A program made the translations under genes and the position numbers. The notes beneath the pieces were generated by a model. That model searched no databases. It was not told the DNA's origin and saw nothing but the letters and a program-made list of their open reading frames with translations. From contig OZ037766.1 in assembly GCA_964035545.1 (NCBI GenBank), forward strand, positions 23,052,767 to 23,116,766: 64,000 nucleotides of DNA, given 5' to 3'. Of this stretch, positions 30,324 to 44,873 are shown piece by piece (within the stretch, counting starts at the first letter, position 1; every line of letters starts with the position of its first letter). The DNA comes from Bugula neritina. Taxonomy: Eukaryota; Animalia; Bryozoa.

Positions 30324-33245
30324 ATGATTCGATGGTATCTCAAAGCTTTGGAGAAAAGGCCCACCATTACCATGGCCATTAGTACAGGTGAGTGCAGGTT
30401 CTATTCTATAGCGCATCTTCATTTTTATACTAAATACTCACTCAACCTTAGTATGGAAAATATTAAAATTCTTCTGTAATTAACCTTTTGGCTAATTATA
30501 CAACTTAGAAAAAATCAAAATTTTTATTACGTTTATTTTTGTTACTTAGCAACATTGATGTCTACTGGAGATATTCTTGCCCAAACAGCTATTGAGAAGA
30601 GACATCAACACCATAGTTATCAACCAATACGAACACTTCGATTCTTTGTATTCGGCCTGACTATAGCGGTATGTAATGTTAATATGTCAATATAATAGTG
30701 TTGTTTTTTACCATATAATATGCAACCTAGTATAAACTATTTTCTATGTAACAAGTTTGATATCTTTACTATATAAATTTACTTGCAGGGTCCCTCACTC
30801 AGACTATGGTACAAAACATTAGACAAAATAATACCTGCAGGTGCAGCTCTTAGACCACTGAAGATGGTTGCTTTAGATCAGGTTGGAGTTGTCTACTCAT
30901 TGCTTACTTGCTTTTTATAGTGCAATAAACTCTTTTAGTGATTTACAGTAATTAAACTGGATGTTTGGTGTGTTTTTGTTCTCATCAGTTTTTATGACTG
31001 CTGAACTCTATTTTATGTAAATATTTATTCAACAAGTACAGAATTGCAGTTATTCTTTGTGAAGTAATGCACATGCCCTTTAACTCTCAGCACTCTAACG
31101 CAACTTTCTACCAATAATTAGGAATTAGGTCATATTAGAGCCTACATACATTTCTGCATCAACTATATTCATCATTGGCTCCATCATTGGCTCCATATTC
31201 CATGTATTAAAGATGAGCAAGCGTTTTATTTTCTGGTTTGTTTTTTATTTGTAGATACTGTTTGCTCCTTCTTTTCTAACAGTATTTTGGACTACAATGG
31301 GAATATTGAGAGGGGAGACCTTTACTGAGGTTTTAGATAGTCTCAAAAAGGTTAGTATCTGTTAGATAGAATGTTATATAAAATGATTGTATTGCAACAC
31401 CATCTGGCAATCTGGCATAATGTTTTATATAAGTTTGTTATATGTATATTATACAGTGCTCCCTTCGTATTTCACGGTTCCATTTTTTGCGTAATTTTAT
31501 AGGTCAGGGGTTGGAGTCCCGTTTGTGGCTTATGTATATATGAATTTAACGAATCCATGAGTTAAATCTGGTATTCTACTATGTCACGAATTGCAGGTTT
31601 GAGGACCCACAGCTTAGTGAGATACGGAGGGAGCACTGTTTTATATCTCCACGAATAAATAGTAATTTAAAGTTGATTTAAATCAAGTAATTCAAATTTT
31701 TAATCAAACTTTTAAGTTATGACAATATTTTAATTCTTTTTTCAATTGCCATTCAAGAATTAATTTCGGTCCTGGTCAAAAATCAGATCCAAAAGTGTCA
31801 AATTAATGAAAGCTGATTATTTTTGTAAGATTTTAGGAAGATTTTTAGTTTAAATCAAATTACAGTTCTATAAATTATGATAAAAGTCTCCAATTTTAAC
31901 TCTATTTCTGGGTTGTTTTAAATTTGTAGGCCAATTTTAGTTCATAATTCAAAGTGGAAGTATTTTTAGTTTTAACTTAATTATAGCTTCTTTTTGTAAA
32001 CTTATAATCAAAAGTATAAACCAAATTTGGGACCACTGATTTGAAATTTAGACAAATACATAACCTGTATTTGCTGCTTTAGCAGTTTTATGGAGAAAAA
32101 GGTGTATAATTTCTGTGCTTTTTACTTGCTTTAGAATGGACTTTCAGTGTTGTTGAGTAACTATAAGCTGTGGCCAGCAGTCCAGTTAATTAACTTCTAT
32201 TGGGTGCCACTTCAGCACAGGTACGTATTTACCTGTATCTTCTTTATTTGTCTGTTTCTTCTAGCTATTCATGTATATAAAGTGTTTTAGTGTTTGTATG
32301 ATTTTATTTTCTATCTGCTTCATGCCATCACATTTTTTTAATTTGGAGTTGTCCTTCCAAGTGGTCAGACCACAAAGGATCATCAGAAAATTCCTAGTAG
32401 TAACTGTGGATTATTTGTATAACATTTAAACTATAACACATATAAACAACTCCAGCATTTAGAATATTTTTTGTGGGGAGTAAATTAGGTTTAGTAACTG
32501 GAATAGTAGTAGCAATAAAAGTAGGGGTGGTGGTGGAAAGCAGTAGTAGATTTCTTTGTTAAAGCTCAGTTGTAAAGCTTTAGAAATATAGATGTCTATA
32601 ATATAAGGTAAAATTCACCATATATGCCTGGTATTCAGCACTGTAACAGAGGATACATTTTGATAAGGTTCCAAATAGGCCTTGCTTTACGAACCAAATT
32701 GTTAACTAAAGCTTCTTGTAATATTTCCAACGCTATTGTGTCTCTTGAATCTAATGTTTACAATATCTGCTTTATTTTATCAAGGCTGTTTAAAGAAACC
32801 ATATGTCAACTTATTACTTATATTACTATATGCTTGTCAACTGTTGAAGGGAGTTTTTATGCGAGTCAGAAAATGAAATTTTAAACCATCTAAACAAGGC
32901 AAGACAATTCCCAAATGCAAAGTTTTGTTTATTGTGAAAATTATACTTGATAATGATTTTAGCTAATGCCTTTTTATTTCAAAGTGAAAAAGCTTGTTTA
33001 GAGAACATAGTTTATTGTTATACTATTGCTAGGCCATAGATCAATTTAGAAGTTGTGCTTTCATGGCTAATATAGCTGTTTATAGTAATAGTCTTCAATG
33101 CTAGACAGCATACTTTATATTATAGCCTTTACTGAATGTAGGTGATTTCCTTATTTTCTGCTGTAGAGTTTTAGCTGCAAACACTGTAGCTCTTGGCTGG
33201 AATACTTACTTAGCATGGAAAGCCGAAAATCAGAATACCAAGTAG
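30324..33245 (+). CDS. MPV17: Mpv17 / PXMP2 family membrane protein
   Basis: Exons 30324-30387, 30550-30668, 30789-30881, 31255-31350, 32135-32220, 33167-33245. Motifs: GDILAQ, RTLRF, GPSLRLWYKTLD, KMVALDQILFAP, NYKLWPAVQLINFYWVPLQHR, WNTYLAW. Confidence 0.93.
31454..31638. mobile_element. Tc1/mariner (pogo/Tigger-like) MITE
   Basis: ~22-bp TIRs CAGTGCTCCCTTCGTATTTCAC / GTGAGATACGGAGGGAGCACTG; TA at the left flank (right flank TT). Confidence 0.8.
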
Positions 33246-36200
33246 AGTAGCTACCTGCTTCCGAATGATAAAAACTCACTGCCTGCTACAAAATACAGCA
33301 GCTTAACAGAGACAGTCGGGAGTTGCCTGGGAACACTTTATTTGTTACATATATAAGTGGATTTGTATGTTGAACTTACATTGAGAAAAACTAGCTGGTG
33401 ATACTGAACATTATGTGTGGTTAATGCAGTTTTTACATTTAATGTTGATTTTGATTTTTTGCCCCTTTCATATGATTTTATATTACTAGTTTATTAGATG
33501 TTCTATGCCTTATAGCACACACCCACTTGACTTGAAATTTAAAGGCAGTGACAAACACTAGAAAGCAGAAATCGTAAGCTGTTGTCAGTAGTTTATGGCA
33601 ATTAAATTGTTTTTATTATTTATGGCAAGATACTATACTTTGCTGGTGATAAAGACTTTGACATTGAGTTATTATTATTAAGTAGAAGTGCTAGTATGCA
33701 TGGTGGACAGCATATTTTACAGTTGATGCTTTTTCTAAGATGACAGAGATTTGGGATCAAGGTTTACTTGCTGTATGAAAAAAACAATTTTATCTTCAGC
33801 ATACTATTTTCACAATGGTCAATTTTTATAGACTGATTTTATTCATGAAAATAAGCAACAGTTTCATTTTTCATGATCTAAGTTATTAAACATGTAATAA
33901 TTTGTCTTTTCAATTTTCTAGGTAATTATGTAAAAGTCGAAAATTATTCTTGCTTCATTTTACTAGAATTTGTTTGTAAATTTCAGAATGTTATACATGT
34001 ATAAGAATAAACAATTATTCTCAAAACCTGTGGTGGTATTGCTTTCCAATTTTTGTGTTGGTCTCATAAACCAAAGAAGAGATTTTAAATTCCACAGGAC
34101 TTGAACCTTAAACCAAACTAATTAAGAATTCATGTTCCAAAAAACGGCTTTGGTACTAATAAGGTTTCTGGAAGCTGCAATTAATGAAAGTTAAAGGCCT
34201 GATTGTTTGTAATCATCAATGCGATAACAACAACTATAATTATGTAGTGCTGTCTCCACCATTAAACTATAACTATAAGTTCATTGGTCTCCACTTACTA
34301 AAAGTTTCTAGTTATTATTGGAATAGGTTCAACACCTCCCATCTAGAAATTACGCACAGATGACTTTTAAAAGAAAGACCCAAGATTCTCAGCACTTGTT
34401 GTATGCTCTTTGTCTAAAATCTGTTGCTTTACCAACATTGCTGCTAGCTGTTATGATCACCATGTTCATTGTGTAATGACATTGACAAGGAAAATAATAG
34501 CATAATGGGGCCAGCTGTGTTCACCTTTTATTGTTAGTTTTACTTGATAGACAGCCTTGTTGTTTATTATCTTGGTCATCTGTCAGTTCGTATACAGAGC
34601 TAGTTGCACTACTAACTACTATATTATTGTTGGTAATATGTTGGCTAAATGAACTGTTAATAGAGTATCCTCAATGTTTTTATTGTAACCCATGCTTCTT
34701 ACCAATGCATAACTTTTCCCTTTGTCTAGTATTTACCTCGGTCATCTATAGGGCTTATAATAGTCCAAATGCAAAGCAACCTTACAGAGAGAGCTTGCTA
34801 AAAAAGCTTCATGATCTTGTAATCTATCCATGGCTGTTAGTTGTTTCTTGTCTCTCACAATTCTATAAGCTACTTTTATTGCTGTACGAATTTTACAAAA
34901 ATAGAAATATGAAGCACTTAGGAGAATATTTCATGGCTTAAGATGACCGGGTAAAATAAATGCAGCAAATTAGGAAATTATTTACCTTATAAGGACATTT
35001 TTTCTATTTCAATCTGACTGTCACTTCTAGTTTGTTTTCTATAATGTGCAATTTTACCATTAATTCTCTTTCTTGTTTTGGAGTGCAGTCGTTGATTTAA
35101 TTTATAGATTTTGAAGACAGCAACTGAGTTTAAAATAAGGCAGCTTATTAATTAATTACCAAACTGTTTGACCAGAGATCAATCAAGTCAAACAATTTCT
35201 AAACTATTTGATTAAAGGAAGATATTTTTGCTTTATGTCTCAGCAATTCTAGTACAATGGATCACAGTTCACAGCTAGTAAGTTTTGAGTCAAGTAGTAA
35301 AATTAGAGAATACTGGCTTGGCTAGTCACTTGCAGCTAGCTCTGGTGACTATTAAATAATTGAATTATACTGTAGTTATACCTCTAACTATACTTGGTTA
35401 ATGCTATTTTCATTATATCTTACTGCCGTATGAACAGTTATTTAATAGCATTGCCAAGAGATTTCTCTTGCTAGGTGCAGAAATATAAATTTTCTAATTT
35501 CTGGGCTGCTTACAATCAAAATCTCTTAACGCTAATGGCCACGAAGTATAGCTTAGAAAGACCATTATTTATAATCTCAGAACATAGGCTAATATTAACT
35601 AATGAATCAATTTCAGAACTAGGACTTAATCATTTGAAAACTAAAATTTATTATTTTTATACAAACTTAACTAAAGCTATTGTAATTCCATTTGAAGTGA
35701 TGATAAATTTGTTGACTTTAATCTGTATATTATAGCAATTGTTAGCAAAACAGAATTTATTACTTTGAAACTTTAAATTATTATAGTGTGATATGATTTT
35801 ATATGTCTACATTTAACAGATTTAAAGATAAACTATAGTGAATTATTTTATATACTGTTACTTGACTATGAAGAGGTGGGTTGTATTTGAAATGTATACC
35901 CACCACCATAATTTTAGGTATAACCATTCCATGCTTTTATACAATTTTACTGTTTATAAACCTGCTAAATAATAATAAAATATATCATCAGTATGTACCA
36001 TAAACGATGGTTACGTGTCAATTATACTGGCAACCCTATCATGCATCTTTTTTTGTACATACAATAATTTTTTTAATTGCCACTATTTATTTAGCTTGAA
36101 AAAGCCAGGCTTCAGGACACTTAAAAGTTTTAGTTTTGTCACATATTAATGCTTCCCCAGTTGTCAAACTAACTCTCAACTAGTTATATAATATTATTCT

Positions 36201-36918
36201 TACCAGTTATAGCATAAACTCAATTTATAATTATTATATAGGTATTATTAAGTTCGTGTACAATTTGAAAGTAGGTTTAGTAATGGATAAACTAAAGGAA
36301 AAGGCTGTGTTCCACTTCTTATGTACTTTAGTACTATACACTTTAAATTGCTCATTCTCATACAAAGTAGTTGGTAGAAAATCTTTATTTCTTGTAGACT
36401 CACTTTTTAAATTACCAAGCACTGGATTTGCTGGTGCTTTGTTTCAGTTGCTTTCAATCTTTTCTTCAACAAAAAATCTTTGGTTATTTTATTGCTAGGT
36501 ATGTATTTTCTTGAGAGTAAAAAATAATAATATGGAATAAACTTCGTAATTAATAAGCTAGCTGGTAATCATAATATGTGACAAGTTTAATGAAATTTTC
36601 TTTTATATGTCACTGAATCACACACAAACATATATATATTCGTGCTTGTTTTAGTTTAAGATCATGAGTATCTTTATTAATATTAGTTATTATATTATTA
36701 TTGTAGAGGCGTGCAGTAAAGTAACGTTTGAATCAGATTGCGCTTTTACCAAGGACTTATCCTCTCTTGTACTGTTACCATAGCGTCGGCGAATTTACGC
36801 GCCTTAATAAAGTTTATTATATTTACGATAAACAGCTCGCGGCCTAATACCAAACTACAATTACGCCACGAGTTAGGGATGGAGAAATTGATGTGCAAGC
36901 CATACCCCTATAGAGAAG

Positions 36919-36972
36919 TATATAAAGAAAAATCGTCATACCACTTCCCTTTTATCATCTGTGGCAAATCGG
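36919..36972 (+). promoter_or_regulatory. eEF1A core promoter: TATA box, polypyrimidine (TOP/TCT-like) start and short non-coding exon 1
   Basis: TATATAAA at 36919-36926, CTTCCCTTTT ~25-30 nt downstream, donor G|GTAGGT at 36972/36973, acceptor at 37241. Confidence 0.75.
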
Positions 36973-37283
36973 GTAGGTTGTTCTACTTTATTCAATCTTA
37001 AATTTTCCAACTGAACTTCAGTCATCACCGAATGATTTATATCTAAATGTGTTCTAAAAAGTGACTAACAAGCGTTTCTAATTGTATAATAGTTGTACTT
37101 GTGGCAAAACGTGTATGTAAAGCCTTTTCAGTTGGATAAATGAAAACAGATTTTTCTTTTGCCACGTTGTCATTGTAAATCCCAATGTAGTTCTAAGCAA
37201 CTACATTAAGAATTTAATATTTTGTGGTTTTACATTAACAGTTTGATACACCAGAGACTACGTAGCAAAGCTTAGGATAAGCC

Positions 37284-39403
<2,120 letters not shown>

Positions 39404-40189
39404 ACTGAAGCTCCCAAAAGTGCGTTGCACAATGTTAGAACTGTTCCTATTAACTTATTTGCTTTGAACATTTTGTCTAGCATTGTAATACTACATCAAC
39501 TTAATATATGGTTGCTTAGGTCAATTTGTCATCGAAAAGAATTTCGAAGGATATGTGCCTAAATTTGTTTTTCTAACCAATAAATTTTCTCCAAATATTC
39601 TGTGGCTTTATGAAAATTGTAACAGGTTTGCAAAAGCTGTGCATAATTATTTGTTGTCCAACTCAGGCTTCTGGACAATTTCAAGTGCCATGTTGGAATA
39701 TATTGCACAACTTCGGTTTAAATTCTTTCCAAGTGTAATGTAGGCCACTGAAATAAGATGTGCTGTGGCTAGCGCTATTTGGTAAAATTTAGCTAGGGCC
39801 ACAATATCCGTGTTCTATTGATGACTTGATTACAAAATACTATGGGTCATGTTTAAAAATTACAGCTGCAGTCTGTATGATTTACAACAGAATATATTAT
39901 GGAATATTAATATGATGATTTTCCATTCTCAATGTTCGCATGCCATATAATATAAATTTGTTTTCAAAGTGACCCTTTGCACAAGTGTTGGGTCACTGTA
40001 ATTCTGATTGGGGCCAGTCTGGTAAATCTGGAAATTATAGTACAAAAGCATTTGAATTAAAATCGGGAGTTGTCTTCTAACTTGAAGTTGTTGCAGCCAA
40101 TTTATTGTAATATGTAAGCATTTGCAATGATGTGTGTATTACTTTTTTGGGTTTAATTTGTGTGAAAGTATCTAAAAAAAAGTGAAACA

Positions 40190-40520
40190 TCTGCAAAGAG
40201 TAAGCAGACGCTGGGTTTTGCAAGTTGATGAGCATTATTTTAATCGGCTGCAAAAAAGTCTCAAATAGAAGTGGATCTATATATCTGATGATGATTATCT
40301 TCGTGATTTTAAGTAGGCTACTTATATATTGCATAAAACAGTTATCAGGCAGTCATCTACAGTACAACTATTGCTTTTATGAATGCCCCATCTCCAGAAT
40401 ATGATGGATAGATTGTTTAGAATGGCATCTCACTCCAGCCCCTCCCCCTGAAAATGCAATAAACAATATGATATACTGCTGCTGTAAAAACGTTGTAATA
40501 CATCGGAAAAAAGATGCCGA
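40190..40520 (+). mobile_element. Decayed DNA-transposon C-terminal fragment (Academ-like)
   Basis: Interrupted translation SYQAVIY...NAPSPEYDG*...PAPPPENAINNMIYCCCK resembles the YQ..W...PSP..GW...PAP...CxC pattern preceding a Cys-rich finger. Family assignment is by recall only. Confidence 0.3.
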
Positions 40521-43500
40521 TGAAAATGGTAGTAATAATAATGATGGAAAGAAAACTTTATGTTATATAATTAATTGCTTAAAACAAGAAATTTTACATT
40601 ATGTGTTTTAATCATCCCCCATATGTTTTGCGATTTTAAAATACATTTACAGAATTTTGTTCATTTTTTACAGATATCTTATGATAAACGTCAGATATAT
40701 CAATATAGATGAGTCATTTGGTCAGTGCTCAAAAGATCTCAACATGCATCAATGATAAATGTTTTTAAAAATTTTCTTCTCTTAGCACACCAACATGAAA
40801 AGCTTTCAATTTTTATATAACTAGCTTCTTTTATATACTGATTATGTATGCTTCTGCCAAATGTAATGTATCATTCATGTAGCAAACATGTGTTTCTAAT
40901 GACAACTTAGTTTTGCAATTTATAAATTCAGAACCAGCGTAGAGTTTTAATAAAGTATTTACCAATGTTGGTATGTCACCAAAGATTTTTGTTTATCGAC
41001 AGCTGGTTAATATTGGATGCTATTTTGCACAATTATAATTACCTATTCAATATGTACATATATTTTTTCCAATAACTTGGGTTTGGGTAGAGATAGAATT
41101 CTAGAGTTTGTAGATTCAGAATCAACACAAAATTTTGATTTAGAAACAACTTTTATTATTGGCCCACTAAAAAACTGTAATAATGTAAGTTTTTGAGCAA
41201 TAATTGAAAAGTTACTTCTAGACTACAAGTATTGGGATAAGTAGAGAAAACTTCCAATGTTGCTCCATGGATCGATCTCAGTCAGCAGAATCTAAGAATT
41301 TTGTTCAGTGCAAGCGTTTTTCCATTCACTCTTTTATATAATTGCCTTCTTTTTTTGAAGAGTACTTTAATAAGAACAATATTATTTAGTTCACCTACCT
41401 ATGCATGTTCATCTAAGCTACCTGGAGTAAAAAGGAACAAGATTATTACTGTTGAAAAAAATACCAACTATAAACTTAGTTCTTCTGTATCCAACATTCA
41501 TCAAACCTGCACTCTTTTGTGATAATGAAACCTGATGAATAAATGAACACCACAGAAATGAAACTGCTCCGAGGCACATTTTTGAGATCACTTGAAAGCA
41601 GGCTGTGGTAAATGTATATAGTATACACATGAGGAAAAGATGCCTATGTGAGCATGTTTGCACAGGGAATTAGAAAACGACGATATTTGCCTCGTTTCTA
41701 ACCTAGAGATCACTGGTGAATGAAGAAGAGAAAAACTAACAGGTATGGAAAGATACCATAAAATCTTCCATGAACTGCTGGGGAGTCAGATAGCGCTCAC
41801 TGATTGAGGAATACAGCCGTCTAGGTGAGAATTTAGTATTCACCTCTACAAAAACGGGATGTATCCATCTTTTATCTATCAAAGGGTTTTCGTTGTTCAT
41901 ATGAGTCATAAATAGATGCAGAGTTTTTTTTGCCACAAAAGCAGTCCAATTGAGAGTTACTTTTCCTAAACAATCTTGTGCACTTGATAATTATTATAAA
42001 GGAGATACAGTCAGATTTACTACAAAACATTGGAGTTGCCTTCCATTTTCTGTTGACATCTTTTAAATCTATCTGATATGGTTACTATTATTGATTACTA
42101 TATTATTATTCCCTAAAACATACTGAGTAACAGTATATTGTTTGTATGTAAAGATAGCAGACTGTAGACAAATCTAGTTTTTTCATCACAGCCTGCATTT
42201 GATATTTTAAATTCTTTTGAATTCACTTAGTTAGTCAGTGTTTTTGAAACAATTATAATTTCACGCTATAAGGAGCAAAATATTACATTATAAAATATAT
42301 AACTATACCATATTATCTTTATATTTGATGAAAAATCAGCATAATCGTTAAACTTTTGTGTAACATTAAACACCAGTCTATTCTGATTTTTCTGGTCATC
42401 TCTCGGAGAAAAAGGCTGTCATTATTGCTTTTCTACAATTTTTTTTTCAAAGCTATAAAATTAGAGTTTTTATATGTTGTAACACCTTAATTGTTGGCAG
42501 AATGGTCAAAAAGGCTCCATTCGGCTATAACTTATATTTTTAAGATCTTGCAAGATGACCTTATATCTGCAGAGTACATAAAACTGTCTATTTTAATTAT
42601 CAAGTCTGCCAAAAGCTGCCAAAGTTGCAAAATTAGAAGCCATGAAAATGGTGGAGCAAGTAACTGGTATTGTAAATTCACTCCTGGGATCAAAATCCAT
42701 TCCTCAGGTCAAATAAAACATTGACATGCCCACACTAAGCAGATTTGCTAATCTTACCATGTGATGGAGCTCATGAATATGCATCAACAGCTTGGCGGAA
42801 GTAGCACCAAGATAATGTAAGGAAGCTGAACATTTACAAACCAAAACAGGTGTTAGAAGTAGCTCAGGCTTTAATTTTCAAAAAAATTATACTTGAATGT
42901 CGAAGTTCCCAAAAATCCAAAGGATAGACCCTGGCAAAGAGGTTATGGAGAGGTCAAGTGTTTTATGAAAGTAGGTAAAAAGCAGCTCTCAAGTTATGTA
43001 AAGTGGGTATACTCAAAGATCAATTTTATTTAGTTATCAAACTCAAGAGAATTTAAAAACTGGCAGTGCATGAAAAAGTAAATTAAAAGAATTTCGACAA
43101 CTTCTGGACACCTGGCACTGTGTTATATATTAACAATTGTTGAACTTTTGTCCCACCGAAAATCCAACGCAGACCTTCAACTTGTAAGCTAACGTGCCAA
43201 CCAATTTAAATTATAGGACTACTGGGAAATCACAACTCAACAACAATGAAGGGAGAAGCCATGTTTGTAAAAATTCTAAATATAATCAAATTATTTTAAA
43301 GCTGCAGCAAATGCTTATGCCTTATGGTTTCTATATGTTATGTAACATAAAATAAGATCGAAAAACTGCAGAGGCTATATGTACTGGCTGTTATAAACTT
43401 TTTTATTATATTGTTTTACATGAATTGACTTTGATTATTTTTGCATTATGACGGATAAAAACAAGATAAAAAACAAAATTATGAACACTATGGAGTATAC

Positions 43501-43890
43501 AGCACCAACAGCTACTGGGATATGTTATAGCTAAACATGAATTAGCAGAACGAAGGTTTATTTTTAAGAACTAGAGGCAAATCCTAATAGTAATAGTGGC
43601 TCATTTTATATAATGCTTCGTGGGCTTACGTTTTTGGTAATATATTATATAATAAGGAAATAAGAGATCAGAGTACACTTCAATTAATTACCATCTTCTT
43701 ATAATTTGTACCAAATTTGGAATTTCGCAATATCAGTTCTTTAAAATCTTCTCATGTCCTTGAAAACCCAGGATTTAATTGCTGATTACTTTAAAGCAAT
43801 TCATGGCAGTTTTTAAACATTAAAGGCCCACACAAGTACTCTCAAATCAAATTATGCAATATATATATATAAAACATATATATGCGACAT

Positions 43891-44090
43891 AGGGAGCAGC
43901 CATGGGCTATGGGTTAGACTTTAGAGCATTCGCTTAGTAAACACAAAGTCGTGGGTTCGAACCCCGACAAAGGCCATTGGTGAGGTTAGGGAGAGCAACT
44001 AGTCAATTTCTTCTGTGCTCCATCTAAATAAGTGCTTAGCCCGATTTAGGAAAAAAACCCTTTCCACAGGGGATGTTGGCTATAAACTTG
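43891..44090 (+). mobile_element. tRNA-derived SINE-like element
   Basis: Pol III B box GGTTCGAACCC at 43954-43964 with a degenerate A-box region upstream; no complete tRNA cloverleaf; non-tRNA body follows. Confidence 0.55.
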
Positions 44091-44873
44091 CGTGAGTTTT
44101 TTTATATAGGACCTGTTTGCAATATATTGCTGTGAAACTTTTAATCTTAAATAAGTATTTATAACCAAATAGATACAATATTTGCATATAAAACTATGGT
44201 ATAAAAAATTCACCATTGCAAACTTTTGTAAGTACACTGATACGCATGGTAATTTTGAAATTTAGAAACCATATTATGCTTTTTATAAAATTAGCACTGC
44301 AAGCAGCTGTGAACAAGGTATCATTTTGAAGGAAAAAGTTGCTCATGAGTTTTTCGCAAAATAAATTATTCTAGTGTAAGTGCAGGCGCTACCATTAAAT
44401 TCTGAGTAATTAATGATTTAGCTGCTTGCAGTAGAAAATAGCAAGTAAAATTATTCTGCTATAAATCCCTAGAGTTGTCTCTATTAATAGGAAGATAACT
44501 CTAGTAACCACAATGAACTTTCATTCCAAACAGCGGCTTTCAGACGTTGTTTACAGAAACGACAACCTCCTATGGACTACTAAGTACTACCTATGATTAA
44601 AAATAATCCAATAACACAGCGTTTTACAAAAATAACCAACATCGTCCGATCGACGATTCTACACGCCCACTTAATGAATGAACATTGAACAAAGTACTAG
44701 TATCAAATTCAATATCATAATCATTACTTCAGTTGTTGCAGTTGATATATGATAATATCCGAAAACGCTCCTTACTTTTAATTCAACCAGTCTCACAACT
44801 CACAAGACTAAGTGACTAACTCTGAGTCATATTAATAAGACTGTCGCTAGCTTCAAGTCATATCAGAATCAGA

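Noticed and set aside
34531-34941. 136-aa ORF
   Set aside because: Non-ATG start, AT-rich intergenic composition, no domain or splice support.
43891-43975. Possible tRNA gene
   Set aside because: B box present but no acceptor or anticodon stems; treated as a SINE head. The same applies to ~43150-43205 and ~14185-14230.
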